Assembly (NCBI GenBank): GCA_965221695.1
Contig: OZ244905.1
Location: forward strand, 3,168,001-3,232,000
Length of the DNA stretch: 64,000 nucleotides
Direction of reading: 5' to 3'
Source: Gammaproteobacteria bacterium
GTDB lineage: Bacteria; Pseudomonadota; Gammaproteobacteria; Eutrophobiales; Eutrophobiaceae
The notes beneath the pieces were generated by a model. It worked only from the letters and a program-made list of their open reading frames with translations, had not been told where the DNA came from and ran no database searches. The position numbers and the translations under genes are program-made. Position 1 is the first letter of the stretch; each line of letters starts with the position of its first letter. This document shows, piece after piece, positions 44,899 to 54,629 of this stretch.

Positions 44899-46446
44899 AT
44901 GATGACCCTGGATGAGATTGTCCGGCGCAATAGCTTGCGTTATCCGGGCCAGCCGGCCCTGGTCTGCGACGGTATCTGTCGTTCCTGGGTTGAATTAGAC
45001 CAGCGTGTAAACAAGGTCGGCAACGCGCTGCTGCAGTCCGGACTGCGCGCTGGCGAGCGCGTGGCGATATTGCTTGGCAATTGCAGCGAATACTTTGAGA
45101 TTTATTTCGCCTGCGCGCGCGCAGGCCTGATCGCGGTCCCCGTGAATTATCGCTTGACGGGTTCCGAACTGGATCAGATTATCGACCATGCGCAGCCGTC
45201 GCTGTTGATTACGGACGCTGAATATGCCGGCCAGGCGCGGACAATACACAACTTGCCGGCGCGTCGCTGGCGCTTGTCCGACGGGGCCGCGCGGGACGAT
45301 CAGGACCAGGGGTTTCAGGATTACCATTCAATAGTGGACGCGGCGGACTCAAAGCCGGTCAGCGCCGTTCCCAATGACACTTTTGCAATATTTTACACCA
45401 GCGGCACTACCGGGCCGCCCAAGGGCGCCATGGTTTCCCATCGGAACCTGGAAATGAACGGTTATAACCAGGCCATCGCCGACCGCTCCACCTCCGGTGA
45501 TGTCAACCTGGTAGCGACGCCGATCTACCACATGGGCGCGGTGTTCATGGCTGTGACTTACATGATGCTCGGCTGCGCCCAGCAGATCCTGAAGAAGTTC
45601 GACCCCGGCGCCTGGCTGGCATTGCTGGAACAAAGTCGCGCCAGTGTCGCGCTGTTGGTGCCGACCATGATCAATGCCGTACTGAATGCGCCCGACCTGC
45701 GCCGCTACAATTTGTCCTCGTTGCGCCTGATATTTTACGGTGGCGGTCCCATGCCGCCAGCCGTGCTGGAACGGGCTATGCGCGAGCTTGGCTGCGGGTT
45801 CACCCAAGGTTATGGTTTGACCGAAACACTGGAAGCGACCTTCCTGGTTAGCGCCGATCATGTGCTGGACGGGAGCGCCGCGCAGGCCCGGCGTCTGGCC
45901 TCGGCAGGACGTGAAGCGGTAGGCGCTGAAATCCGCATCGTGGATGAAGCCGGCGCCGATCTGGGAGTTGGCGAGGTCGGTGAAATCCTGATTCGCAGTG
46001 AGTCAGTCATTGCCGGATACTGGAACAACCCGGAGGAAACCGCAACCGCAATCAGGGACGGATGGTTCCATAGTGGCGATCTGGGATACCTGGATGAAAA
46101 CCGCTACCTGTTTGTCGTCGACAGAAAAAAAGACATGGTGATCAGTGGCGGCATGAATATCTATTGCAAGGAAATCGAAAGCGCGCTATACCGGCATCCT
46201 GCGACGCTGGAAGCGGCCGTGATCGGCCTGCCTGATGAGAACTGGGGAGAGATTGTCACGGCTGTTATTGTTATCAAGCCTGGGCAGCGGGCGAGCGCTG
46301 AGGAATTACTTGAGCTGTGCAAGGCGTCGCTTGCCGGTTACAAAACGCCCAAAAAAGTCTTTTTTCGGGACGAATTGCCGAAAAATCCGAGCGGAAAAAT
46401 CCTGAAACGGATATTACGTCAGCAACTGGCAGACAGTGATGGATGA
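44899..46446 (+). CDS. Acyl-CoA synthetase (AMP-forming)
   Basis: YTSGTTGPPKG, QGYGLTE, GWFHSGDLG, DRKKDMVISGG, LPKNPSGK. Confidence 0.92.
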   Translation: MMTLDEIVRRNSLRYPGQPALVCDGICRSWVELDQRVNKVGNALLQSGLRAGERVAILLGNCSEYFEIYFACARAGLIAVPVNYRLTGSELDQIIDHAQPSLLITDAEYAGQARTIHNLPARRWRLSDGAARDDQDQGFQDYHSIVDAADSKPVSAVPNDTFAIFYTSGTTGPPKGAMVSHRNLEMNGYNQAIADRSTSGDVNLVATPIYHMGAVFMAVTYMMLGCAQQILKKFDPGAWLALLEQSRASVALLVPTMINAVLNAPDLRRYNLSSLRLIFYGGGPMPPAVLERAMRELGCGFTQGYGLTETLEATFLVSADHVLDGSAAQARRLASAGREAVGAEIRIVDEAGADLGVGEVGEILIRSESVIAGYWNNPEETATAIRDGWFHSGDLGYLDENRYLFVVDRKKDMVISGGMNIYCKEIESALYRHPATLEAAVIGLPDENWGEIVTAVIVIKPGQRASAEELLELCKASLAGYKTPKKVFFRDELPKNPSGKILKRILRQQLADSDG

Positions 46447-47398
46447 CCAGTTTGTCGCCAGGTTGCTGAACCGGGACCGGCTGACGCTTGCCCGGTCCAT
46501 ATCGATGGTGGAATCCGGGGATAACGCGGCGCGCCGGATGCTTGACCTCGTCCATCCTCATACAGGCCAGGCCTATCGGGTAGGTGTGACCGGTCCTCCA
46601 GGCGCCGGCAAATCCACCCTGACCGGAGAGCTCACCAAGGTTCTGCGCCAGGGCGGCCACAGTGTCGCAATTATTGCAGTGGACCCCAGCAGCCCGTTCA
46701 CATCCGGCGCCTTGCTTGGCGATCGGGTGCGCATGGCGGACCTGGACAACGATGATAACGTATTCATCCGCAGTATGGCCACTCGCGGCGCGGGGGGAGG
46801 CATGAGCGCCAATTGCGCCGATGTGGCCGACATATTTGATGCGGCAGGGTTTGCTTATATATTCATTGAAAGCGCTGGCGTGGGCCAAACTGAACTGGAT
46901 GTGCGTCACCTGGTGGACACGACTGTTGTGATGCTGGCGCCGGAGGCGGGCGATCAGGTCCAGGCGGCCAAGGCCGGCCTGATGGAAATCGCGGATATTT
47001 TCGTAATGAACAAATGCGACCGGCCCGGCAGCGCCGCGGCCTTGCAAGCATTGCAGTTTGCGCTGAGCTTCAAAAACCGCGACAGCCGGGCTTGGCAGAC
47101 TCGTGTCATTGAAACCATCGCCAGCGAGTCCAAGGGCATGGACGCGCTCTTTGAAGAGATCCTGCGCCATAGATCTTTCCTGCAAACCAGCGCCCGGCAC
47201 AGCGAACTGTTGCAAATGCGGGCGGAAATGAGGTTGGAAAGAAGTATCCGGGACGCGATCGAGCAGCGGGTGTGGTCAAGCGATAACAGCCAGCGGCTGG
47301 CGCGCGCGCTGCCACTGATCAGGGATGGCAGGTTATCCCAGGATGAAGTGGTTACTGATATCTGTTCAAATATCAAAACGCCGGTTCTCGATCGATGA
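46436..47398 (+). CDS. meaB: MeaB/ArgK G-protein chaperone of B12 mutases
   Basis: GVTGPPGAGKST, VDPSSP..GALLGDRVRM, FIRSMATRG, ESAGVGQ, KAGLMEIAD, NKCD. Confidence 0.92.
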   Translation: MMDDQFVARLLNRDRLTLARSISMVESGDNAARRMLDLVHPHTGQAYRVGVTGPPGAGKSTLTGELTKVLRQGGHSVAIIAVDPSSPFTSGALLGDRVRMADLDNDDNVFIRSMATRGAGGGMSANCADVADIFDAAGFAYIFIESAGVGQTELDVRHLVDTTVVMLAPEAGDQVQAAKAGLMEIADIFVMNKCDRPGSAAALQALQFALSFKNRDSRAWQTRVIETIASESKGMDALFEEILRHRSFLQTSARHSELLQMRAEMRLERSIRDAIEQRVWSSDNSQRLARALPLIRDGRLSQDEVVTDICSNIKTPVLDR

Positions 47399-49125
47399 GC
47401 GGCAGTTATCGCGCGCCGCTGGAAGATTCGCTGTTTATCCTGGAGCGCGTCATCCGTTGGGAAAGATTGTTCGAGTTGCCGGCCTACCGGCACGCCGACC
47501 ATGATCTGGCCAGGGTGGCGCTGGAGGAGGGCGCAAAATTCTGTGAGCGGATAGTGGGTCCTATTAATGCGGTCGGCGATGAACAAGGCAGTGTGTTGCA
47601 GGATGGCAGGGTGAGAACGCCCGACGGTTTCAAGGAAGCCTACCAGTCATTCATTACAGCAGGCTGGCCCGGTTTGGACCTGCCGGCAGAGTATGGCGGC
47701 CAGCAATTGCCGTTGACCGCGCAGGTCGCGTTTGCGGAAATGCTCAACGGCGCCTGCCTGGCATTCGCGATGTTGCCGCTGATGCTGCGAGCCGGCACCC
47801 GGTTATTGATTGACCACGCCGATGAGAAATTGAAACAACTGGTCGTTCCCCGGCTGGTCAGCGGCGACTGGGGCGCGACCATTTGCATCACAGAAGCTCA
47901 GGCGGGTTCCGATGTCGGGCGCATCAAAACCCTGGCCAGGCCGCAGGCAGACGGCAGTTACCGGCTCACCGGCGGCAAGCTATTTATCACCTATGGAGAA
48001 CAGGATTTTACCGAGCAGATAATCCACCTGGTCCTGGCCAGGACTCCGGACGCGCCGTCCGGAAGCAGGGGGATTAGCCTGTTTCTGGTCCCCCGGTTAT
48101 TGTTTGACTCCGGGCAGTCCAACGGTGTGCGCGCGTCGCGGCTGGAGCGGAAAATGGGATTGAAGGCTTCGCCGACCTGCGCGCTAAGCCTGGATGACGC
48201 CATCGGTTACCGCATCGGCGAGGAGTTCAGAGGTTTGAACGCGATGTTTACCATGGTCAACCTGATGCGCCTGGAGGTATCCATACAGGGGCCGGCGATC
48301 GGCGCCGCGGCTACCGCCAAAGCGCTTGACTATGCGCGGGAACGGCGCCAGGGCGGCGCGCCGGACGCCAAGGCGACGCGCATCATTGAACATGCGGATG
48401 TGCGGCGCATGTTATTGATCATGCATTGCCGGAACATGGCGATGCGCGCCCTCGTGTTTGAAGCCGCGAGCAATCTTGACATCGCCCATAACGGGATGGA
48501 TGAAGACGAACGGCGTCAAGCTCTGCAACTGGCAGAATACCTGTTGCCGGTATGCAAAGCCTGCGCTTCCGAAGCAGGCTTCGAGGTAGCCAGCCTGGCC
48601 GTACAGGTTTTCGGCGGACACGGGTATATCACCGAATCCGGGGTGGAACAGTATGTGCGCGATGTGCGGGTAGCCGCCATCTATGAGGGCGCCAACGGCA
48701 TCCAGGCGCTGGACCTGGTGTCGCGCAAACTGTTACGCGACCAGGGCGCGAGGTTTCAGATACTGGCCGACAGCATTACGGCCACACTGGATCAGATTGG
48801 CGAAAGCGCGCCGCTCGAACAGATACACCAGGCGACACAAACCGGGCTGGCGGTACTGGAACGAGCCACGCAACATATTCTGCAACGGGCCGAGGCGGGA
48901 GCGCGGCGTGAGATTGAGTTTGTTGCCAAGGACTACTGCTTGCTGACAGGGTTGGTTGCCGGCGCCTGGATGTGGTTGCGGATTGCGCAGGCCGACGCTG
49001 TTGCTGACCGGGATGAGCTGTTCAATCATGTTGGCTGCGCCCGATTCTATGCCGAGTACCTGATGCCGGAGGCGCACACCCTGGCGCATCGGATCGCCAC
49101 AGACTTTACCGGGGCAGAAGCATAA
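47395..49125 (+). CDS. Acyl-CoA dehydrogenase (long, DmdC-like subfamily)
   Basis: ITEAQAGSDVG, GGKLFITYG, KMGLKASPTC, QVFGGHGY, IYEGANGIQALDL. Confidence 0.92.
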   Translation: MSGSYRAPLEDSLFILERVIRWERLFELPAYRHADHDLARVALEEGAKFCERIVGPINAVGDEQGSVLQDGRVRTPDGFKEAYQSFITAGWPGLDLPAEYGGQQLPLTAQVAFAEMLNGACLAFAMLPLMLRAGTRLLIDHADEKLKQLVVPRLVSGDWGATICITEAQAGSDVGRIKTLARPQADGSYRLTGGKLFITYGEQDFTEQIIHLVLARTPDAPSGSRGISLFLVPRLLFDSGQSNGVRASRLERKMGLKASPTCALSLDDAIGYRIGEEFRGLNAMFTMVNLMRLEVSIQGPAIGAAATAKALDYARERRQGGAPDAKATRIIEHADVRRMLLIMHCRNMAMRALVFEAASNLDIAHNGMDEDERRQALQLAEYLLPVCKACASEAGFEVASLAVQVFGGHGYITESGVEQYVRDVRVAAIYEGANGIQALDLVSRKLLRDQGARFQILADSITATLDQIGESAPLEQIHQATQTGLAVLERATQHILQRAEAGARREIEFVAKDYCLLTGLVAGAWMWLRIAQADAVADRDELFNHVGCARFYAEYLMPEAHTLAHRIATDFTGAEA

Positions 49126-49130
49126 CCCCC

Positions 49131-49256
49131 TCAGGTCAGTTTCAATATCGCGACCACCAAGCCAGCCACGCCCAGACCAATACCGAACATTCACTTTACC
49201 AGCCTGGTTTCCATATTTGCCAGATCAGGTTTGGTTGCGACTTGTTCGGTTTCTTG
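49131..49256 (-). pseudogene. Remnant of a small DUF1640-like coiled-coil/TM protein
   Basis: Reads QETEQVATKPDLANMETRLVK*MFGIGLGVAGLVVAILKLT*; the internal TGA (49191-49193) lies where the family has Trp; no start codon. Confidence 0.5.
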
Positions 49257-50147
49257 TCAATCTCGGCTGAATACAAACTTGTCCTTTTCCCGTCTTACCG
49301 GCGGTTTGATCTGCGGGCGGCCTTTTTGCAGTTTGCCCAAGGCGTAGCCCTGTACCTTGGAAGCGCCGGTAATGATGGTGAATTTCATCAGCCAGCCGCT
49401 GGCCGTGGCCAGCATGCAGGCCAGCAAAGCCAGGGGTTGCAGCAGCGCCGGCTGGACCGCTACCGTGGCCAACAGCAATAGAGGCAGGGCGTGACCCAGA
49501 ATGATATGGGGCCTGTTTACCCCATCAAGAACTTTCAAAACAGCCGGGGGGGCTTGATTGGTGGCCAGTCTTTGCCGGTAATGATTCCAGCACAACAGGC
49601 GCCAAGCCAGCAATCCCATCAGCAGGTACAGTAGCCACAACTGCGCCGCGCCGGAAAATATCAGCAGGATGGACAGGATGGCAGCGCCTTCCGTCAGCCC
49701 GGCGCTCATGATCAGCGGCGCCACAGCGGCTTCCCGCCAGGCCGGAATGCCCTTGCTGGCCCTGAGGATTCTGCCCTGGCAATAGAGGAACAGGAAGCCC
49801 AGCAGACCGGCGGCGGCAAGCAGGGCGGGCGATTTCAGCAACACCCCGAGTAAGGTTGTTGCAAACAGCAGGATCGCCACGGAGGCCTCCCGGGTCATCC
49901 ACGAGGTTTGAGGATGGAAAAATACATGCAGGAAACGCCACGGCCGGCCAATCTCCAGCCATACCAGGAATAATCCCAGCCCGACGAACGCCAGCGCCGC
50001 CAGGCCGACAACCGCTCCCGGTGTCTCTGGCCAGTAAGCGATGGAAACCATCAGGATCAGGGCCCCGCCGCTGCCGCCAAACATGAAATTGCCCGCCGCG
50101 CGCCAGTCCCACTGCGTCTGCAATATATTGCCGAAAGTGTTTTGCAT
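49257..50147 (-). CDS. padD: DmsC-like membrane anchor, PadD-like
   Basis: QTQWDWRAAGNFMFGGSG, WLEIGRPWR, SWMTREA, ASKGIPAWR; multiple TM helices. Confidence 0.75.
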   Translation of the reverse strand: MQNTFGNILQTQWDWRAAGNFMFGGSGGALILMVSIAYWPETPGAVVGLAALAFVGLGLFLVWLEIGRPWRFLHVFFHPQTSWMTREASVAILLFATTLLGVLLKSPALLAAAGLLGFLFLYCQGRILRASKGIPAWREAAVAPLIMSAGLTEGAAILSILLIFSGAAQLWLLYLLMGLLAWRLLCWNHYRQRLATNQAPPAVLKVLDGVNRPHIILGHALPLLLLATVAVQPALLQPLALLACMLATASGWLMKFTIITGASKVQGYALGKLQKGRPQIKPPVRREKDKFVFSRD

Positions 50148-50200
50148 GGTTTACTTGAATCTCATATTAAGTGCGCTCGCAGCGCCGGTTATCCCACTGA

Positions 50201-50250
50201 ACTCCCGCTTCCCAGCCTGCCCCTGTCTGGTGTTGAGCAGGAGCGGGAGT
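50201..50250. repeat. 50-bp dispersed hairpin repeat, copy 2
   Basis: actcccgct...gagcgggagt, colinear with 30508-30557. Confidence 0.65.
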
Positions 50251-50260
50251 GGTATGTGCC

Positions 50261-50298
50261 TTAAGGAACCTCTGAGGATTAACTCAGAGTATTCTTAG
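50261..50298. repeat. Minimal family A palindrome between padC and padD
   Basis: ttaaggaacctctgaggattaactcagagtattcttag. Confidence 0.7.
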
Positions 50299-50302
50299 AC
50301 AC

Positions 50303-51004
50303 TTAATCCTGTCCATTCTGTACATCAATGTTAATCGCCTCTGTCTGCCGTCTCCTGTCCTCCGCATCCCACAGGTAATAAAAGCCCGGTTCCGTGCCAA
50401 GCTCGGCATGCATCTGGAACCAGGTGTTCTCCGCCAGCAGTTCTGATACATTGCTGTTTTCATCTTCTATGTCGCCGAAGCTCAGCGCATCGGCAATGCA
50501 AGAGTTGACACAGCCCGGGGTCGCTTCAGGATCAATACCGGGAGTGAGCCCCTGCTCGACGCCGGCATCCACCCGGTCCGAGCAAAAAGTGCATTTCTGC
50601 GCCACGCCCAGGGTACGCTCATCGAAACGTTTAGCTTCGGTTTCGGTGGGGATGTCGCCGTAGGCGAATTCGGGCCGGTCCACCTTGTAGCGCGCCTGGT
50701 AAGGGCAGGCCACGGTGCAGTAGCTGCAACCGATACACAAGTCGTAATCGATCGTGACGATGCCGTCTTCCCGCTGCGCCGTGGCAGTGCTGGGGCAGAC
50801 ATGCATGCAGGGCGGGTCTGCGCAGTGCTGGCAGCCCACCGGCATGAACAGGCGTTGCACATCGGGAAACTCGCCCCATTCGACATCCAGCACCTTGCGC
50901 CATTGCACGCCCGGCGGGGTTGCGTTGGTGTGTTTGCACGCCGCGGTGCAGGTCTGGCAGCCGACACAACGGTTGAGGTCGGCAATCATTACATATCGGG
51001 TCAT
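50303..51004 (-). CDS. padC: Four-cluster Fe-S subunit (DmsB family), PadC-like
   Basis: CVGCQTCTAAC, CQHCADPPCMHVCP, CIGCSYCTVACP, KCTFC...C...C. Confidence 0.8.
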   Translation of the reverse strand: MTRYVMIADLNRCVGCQTCTAACKHTNATPPGVQWRKVLDVEWGEFPDVQRLFMPVGCQHCADPPCMHVCPSTATAQREDGIVTIDYDLCIGCSYCTVACPYQARYKVDRPEFAYGDIPTETEAKRFDERTLGVAQKCTFCSDRVDAGVEQGLTPGIDPEATPGCVNSCIADALSFGDIEDENSNVSELLAENTWFQMHAELGTEPGFYYLWDAEDRRRQTEAINIDVQNGQD

Positions 51005-51069
51005 GGTGGTTGTCGCTTTGGTTTTCAGTTACCTGGGTCGGGAGCCTGTAGCTCGAGGTTTGCCGGCGA

Positions 51070-53832
51070 TCATTCCCTGATGTCCCGCACATCCGAGCCG
51101 ATGCGGGTGACATATACTTTGGTTCCGTCTATGCTGGAACCGCCGCCGTCCAGTGAATCCATATTCATCGGCACCAGCGCGTTCAACCCGGGACGTTTCA
51201 TTTCCTTGGCAAACGGCATCTTCCATTGGCCGAACTGGGCAATCATCACCACCACATCGGGGCGCACCCCCTGGCGCAGGCGCGCATAACCGCGGGTGGA
51301 GTTCACCGGCGAGGTGACTTCGATCAGGTCGCCGTCCTCGATACCCAGCTCTTGCGCCTTGCCGGCGTTCATGATAATTCCGTCATGGCCATACACGTTG
51401 TCCGCTACTTCCTTCATCAGTTGTATGCCCACATTGGCTCCCCAGGCGTACTGCATGCTGCGGCCGGTCAACAGCCAGAATGGATAGTCTTCGGCCTTGA
51501 CATTACAACTGCGCTCGATGATTTCATCCCATAAGCGGTTCAGGTCCTTGAATTCTGGTAAAGGCTCGTATTCTTCCAGTTGTTTATCCCACCAGTGTAC
51601 GCCGGTCTCGTGCAGACGATTGGCCAGTTGTTTCCCCATCCGGTAATAACGTTCCTGGTAAGGCAGTTCAAAGCGTAGCTCCAGATCTTCCAGCTTGTGG
51701 TACAGGTACCAGTTCAGACGGGAGTAAGGCCGAGTCTTGAAACCGTTTTTTCTGAACCAGTCCAGGTCCAGGATCTCTTTGCCACCGGTCAGGTCGTGGC
51801 TCGCCGCCTTGCTGACCGCGTTCCAGATATCGTCTTGTGTGTGTTCCTTATCCGGCGCCAGAGAGAAATCGTACTCGTCGGTCTGCAGCGGAATACCGCA
51901 GACGCCGGCGTTAATGGCGCCGTTATACGCCTCCAGCAAACCGGTGCGTTTGGCCAGTTCGTTGGCGATCCAACTGAAATCCTTGGCCTCGTGCATCGGC
52001 TCGATCACCGCCTGGCGCAAGGCCCAGCCTTCAGATTCCCAATGATTCTCAAAATAATGCCCGCCGCCAATTCGGTGCAACTGGTCGCTTTCCAGGTCGG
52101 TGGCTTCCGGCATGATGACATCCGCATAGTGATTGCTCTCATCCTGGGTGTAGGCAAACGCGGCGATGAACGGGAATTCAGCCATCACATCGCCCATCTT
52201 GTCGGTCTCTGAATGTGAGATGGCCGGGTTGCATTTGTAGATGAACCAGACATCCGGCGGGTTCGGTTTGGGCCAGCTCTCCGCGGCCCGTCCCTGTAAT
52301 CTCAGCCAGGCCAAGGTGGTAGAGCCGAACAATTGCGCTCCCAGCTTATCGCCGCCCATTGGCGTGAGGCTGTTGTGGGCATGACGGGTGAACGGGTTGG
52401 CATCCCAGCCTTGTTTGTCGGTGGGAGTGAAAGTATGTGTCATAAAACCGTCTTCGCCCGCTTCCACGGTCAACGACCGCTCCCAGTCGGTGTCGCCGGC
52501 CACGTGCGTGGTGCTGCCCAGCATGCCGCCGGGAACCTCCAGCGCGCCCACCAGAACCTGCATCATGGTATGCGCCCAGACGCATTCATACGCGCCCCAA
52601 CCGTTGTTGACGGATTTGCCCAGCACGGTAGCCACTGGACGATATGGCAGTTCGCGCCCGTCCACTACCTCGGTTTCGCCGATATGGGCGTGGGCCAGGA
52701 ATTCATTGGTAACGCGGCGAATGGTTTCAGCGGGAACTTCGGAGATCTCTGCCGCCCATTCCGGCGTTTTATCGGCCAGCATCTGCCTGGTTTTTTCCAG
52801 TCCGGTATCCGCCTGAACGCTGTCGTAATGCCAGGTTTCCTCGTCCGCGCCGATTTCGATTACGCCGGTCACGGTGAATGTTCCTACCAGGGCCGGGTCT
52901 GTATCGGCCTGGTCATAAGCAGCGGCCTGGTTTGTCTTGTTGTCCCACAACAAGGGTTTCTTTGTCTTTGGATCGCGCAGATAAAACCCGTTGGGACCGA
53001 CCAGGTAGGGCGAAGCCGTCCGATTTTTCAGGAATGGCATGTCCAGCCTATCTATAGGGGTCTCATGCAACATCACATGCAGCATCGCATATAACACCGC
53101 ATTGTCGGTCTTGGTCTTGATCGGTATCCATTCCGTGGCATTCGCGCCGGTTACCGACAGATGGGGCTCGAACTGTATGCGTTTCATGCCGCGCTTGCGC
53201 GCATCTGCGTGGCGGCGCACGCCGGTCACCCCGCCGGAGGCGTCGATGTTCATGCCGAATGAAATGATATATTCGCAACGGGGCGTATCCGGCAGGATGG
53301 TAAATGCCCGGTGCCAGAGTTCGCCGAACATATGTTCGGTGTGATAACACTTGACCGTGCCGCCGGCGCCGAGGCTCTGGTCGAATGGACCCCAGGCAAA
53401 CAACAGCGCGGGGAAACTGCCCATATACTTGAACGGCGTGGCCGCGCCGCCGGTAGTAAAAGCCAGACGCGGGTTGCCATTTTCATCCATTACGCCTTTG
53501 GCCCTGGTCGCGTTCATCTTCTCAGCGACAATATCCAGCGCCTCATCCCAACTGATCTCCACCCAGCCCGGGTCCTCATGCCGGCCCTTTTTCGGGTTGG
53601 TGCGTTTCATCGGCTTCCTGATACGATGCGGGTTGTACAGCTTCTGTACCAGCCCGAAGGGTTTCACGCAAACCTTGCCATCCGCAGGATGCTCACCTTT
53701 CAGGTCAAAATTCGGTTCTATTTTCGTGGCAACACCGTCAACGGTCTCCACGGTGAGCAGGTCGGGGCCGTTCACGCACTGGTAACAATACGTGGAAACC
53801 CGTTTCACATCGGGTTCAACTTTGGCGTGCAT
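51070..53832 (-). CDS. padB: Mo-bisPGD oxidoreductase large subunit, phenylacetyl-CoA:acceptor oxidoreductase (PadB)-like
   Basis: TYCYQCVNGPDLL, GKVCVK, PMKRTNPKKGR..DPG, ISWDEAL, KCYHTEH, C-terminal molybdopterin-binding domain; no Tat signal. Confidence 0.78.
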   Translation of the reverse strand: MHAKVEPDVKRVSTYCYQCVNGPDLLTVETVDGVATKIEPNFDLKGEHPADGKVCVKPFGLVQKLYNPHRIRKPMKRTNPKKGRHEDPGWVEISWDEALDIVAEKMNATRAKGVMDENGNPRLAFTTGGAATPFKYMGSFPALLFAWGPFDQSLGAGGTVKCYHTEHMFGELWHRAFTILPDTPRCEYIISFGMNIDASGGVTGVRRHADARKRGMKRIQFEPHLSVTGANATEWIPIKTKTDNAVLYAMLHVMLHETPIDRLDMPFLKNRTASPYLVGPNGFYLRDPKTKKPLLWDNKTNQAAAYDQADTDPALVGTFTVTGVIEIGADEETWHYDSVQADTGLEKTRQMLADKTPEWAAEISEVPAETIRRVTNEFLAHAHIGETEVVDGRELPYRPVATVLGKSVNNGWGAYECVWAHTMMQVLVGALEVPGGMLGSTTHVAGDTDWERSLTVEAGEDGFMTHTFTPTDKQGWDANPFTRHAHNSLTPMGGDKLGAQLFGSTTLAWLRLQGRAAESWPKPNPPDVWFIYKCNPAISHSETDKMGDVMAEFPFIAAFAYTQDESNHYADVIMPEATDLESDQLHRIGGGHYFENHWESEGWALRQAVIEPMHEAKDFSWIANELAKRTGLLEAYNGAINAGVCGIPLQTDEYDFSLAPDKEHTQDDIWNAVSKAASHDLTGGKEILDLDWFRKNGFKTRPYSRLNWYLYHKLEDLELRFELPYQERYYRMGKQLANRLHETGVHWWDKQLEEYEPLPEFKDLNRLWDEIIERSCNVKAEDYPFWLLTGRSMQYAWGANVGIQLMKEVADNVYGHDGIIMNAGKAQELGIEDGDLIEVTSPVNSTRGYARLRQGVRPDVVVMIAQFGQWKMPFAKEMKRPGLNALVPMNMDSLDGGGSSIDGTKVYVTRIGSDVRDIRE

Positions 53833-53882
53833 GCTTCATTCCCCCTTCTGTATTCACATGGATGTACAGGATAAACAGGATG

Positions 53883-53916
53883 TTAAGGAACCTCTGATTA
53901 AGTCTCATAGTTTCCT
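53883..53916. repeat. Family A terminal palindrome upstream of padB
   Basis: ttaaggaacctctgattaagtctcatagtttcct. Confidence 0.7.
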
Positions 53917-54049
53917 GAAACACAAAATTCTGATATTTATTGCGAATTATTGAATCCTGTTGAATAAGATTATAGACCATCGACAGTTACACATCGACCT
54001 ACCCGAAATTATACAGACAAATTATCCTGTATATCCATGTATATACCAT

Positions 54050-54457
54050 TCAGGCATCGACCACCGCGGTGGCGGTAATCTCGATCAGGAACTCCGGTAG
54101 GGCCAGAGCCTGGATGCCCAGCAAGGTGTTCGCCGGCAGACGCTCCGGGTCAAAATAACGGCTCATGGCTGCGCTGATGGCAGGTATTTTGTCGCTATTG
54201 TAGTCCACCACATAGATATCCAGGCGCACGACATCGCGCATGCTGGCGCCTGCCGCGGCCAGGGCTGATTGTATGTTTTCCAGGGCCTGGACGGTCTGTT
54301 GCTCCAGGTCGTTGCCGCCGACAATGTTCATGTCCTTGTCCCAGGCAGTCTGCCCTGCGCAGTGGATGATCTTTGTGCCGGTGGAGACGACGACCTGGGA
54401 AAAACCGTATTGCCCGGAAGGCCACAGGTTTTCAGGTTGGATATGCTGATTTGCCAT
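54050..54457 (-). CDS. RidA/YjgF family protein
   Basis: FSQVV, IHCAGQ, ALENI..AL..AGAS..DVV, PANTL, LIEITATA. Confidence 0.88.
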   Translation of the reverse strand: MANQHIQPENLWPSGQYGFSQVVVSTGTKIIHCAGQTAWDKDMNIVGGNDLEQQTVQALENIQSALAAAGASMRDVVRLDIYVVDYNSDKIPAISAAMSRYFDPERLPANTLLGIQALALPEFLIEITATAVVDA

Positions 54458-54629
54458 GGTTCACCTGTTCAGTTGTGAGAGCGCTACATTGTTGTAAAAA
54501 AAGTTGCTGTCAGATAATGCTTGTAGTATATTTCCATTGTGTACATAGCAATTTCGCATTGTATAACGCATAAGATTTAAATCACAACGGCAAGTATAGA
54601 ATTTCTGATCAATTTAGAAGGGGAACATC

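Noticed and set aside
49191-49259. TGA read-through or recoding extending PadD
   Set aside because: TGA is used as a normal stop throughout the window and there is no SECIS-like context; a pseudogene remnant is simpler.
50303-51004. Cys motifs in PadC as heme-binding sites that could substitute for XoxG
   Set aside because: They are ferredoxin-type CxxCxxCxxxC motifs in a protein without a signal peptide, not CxxCH.
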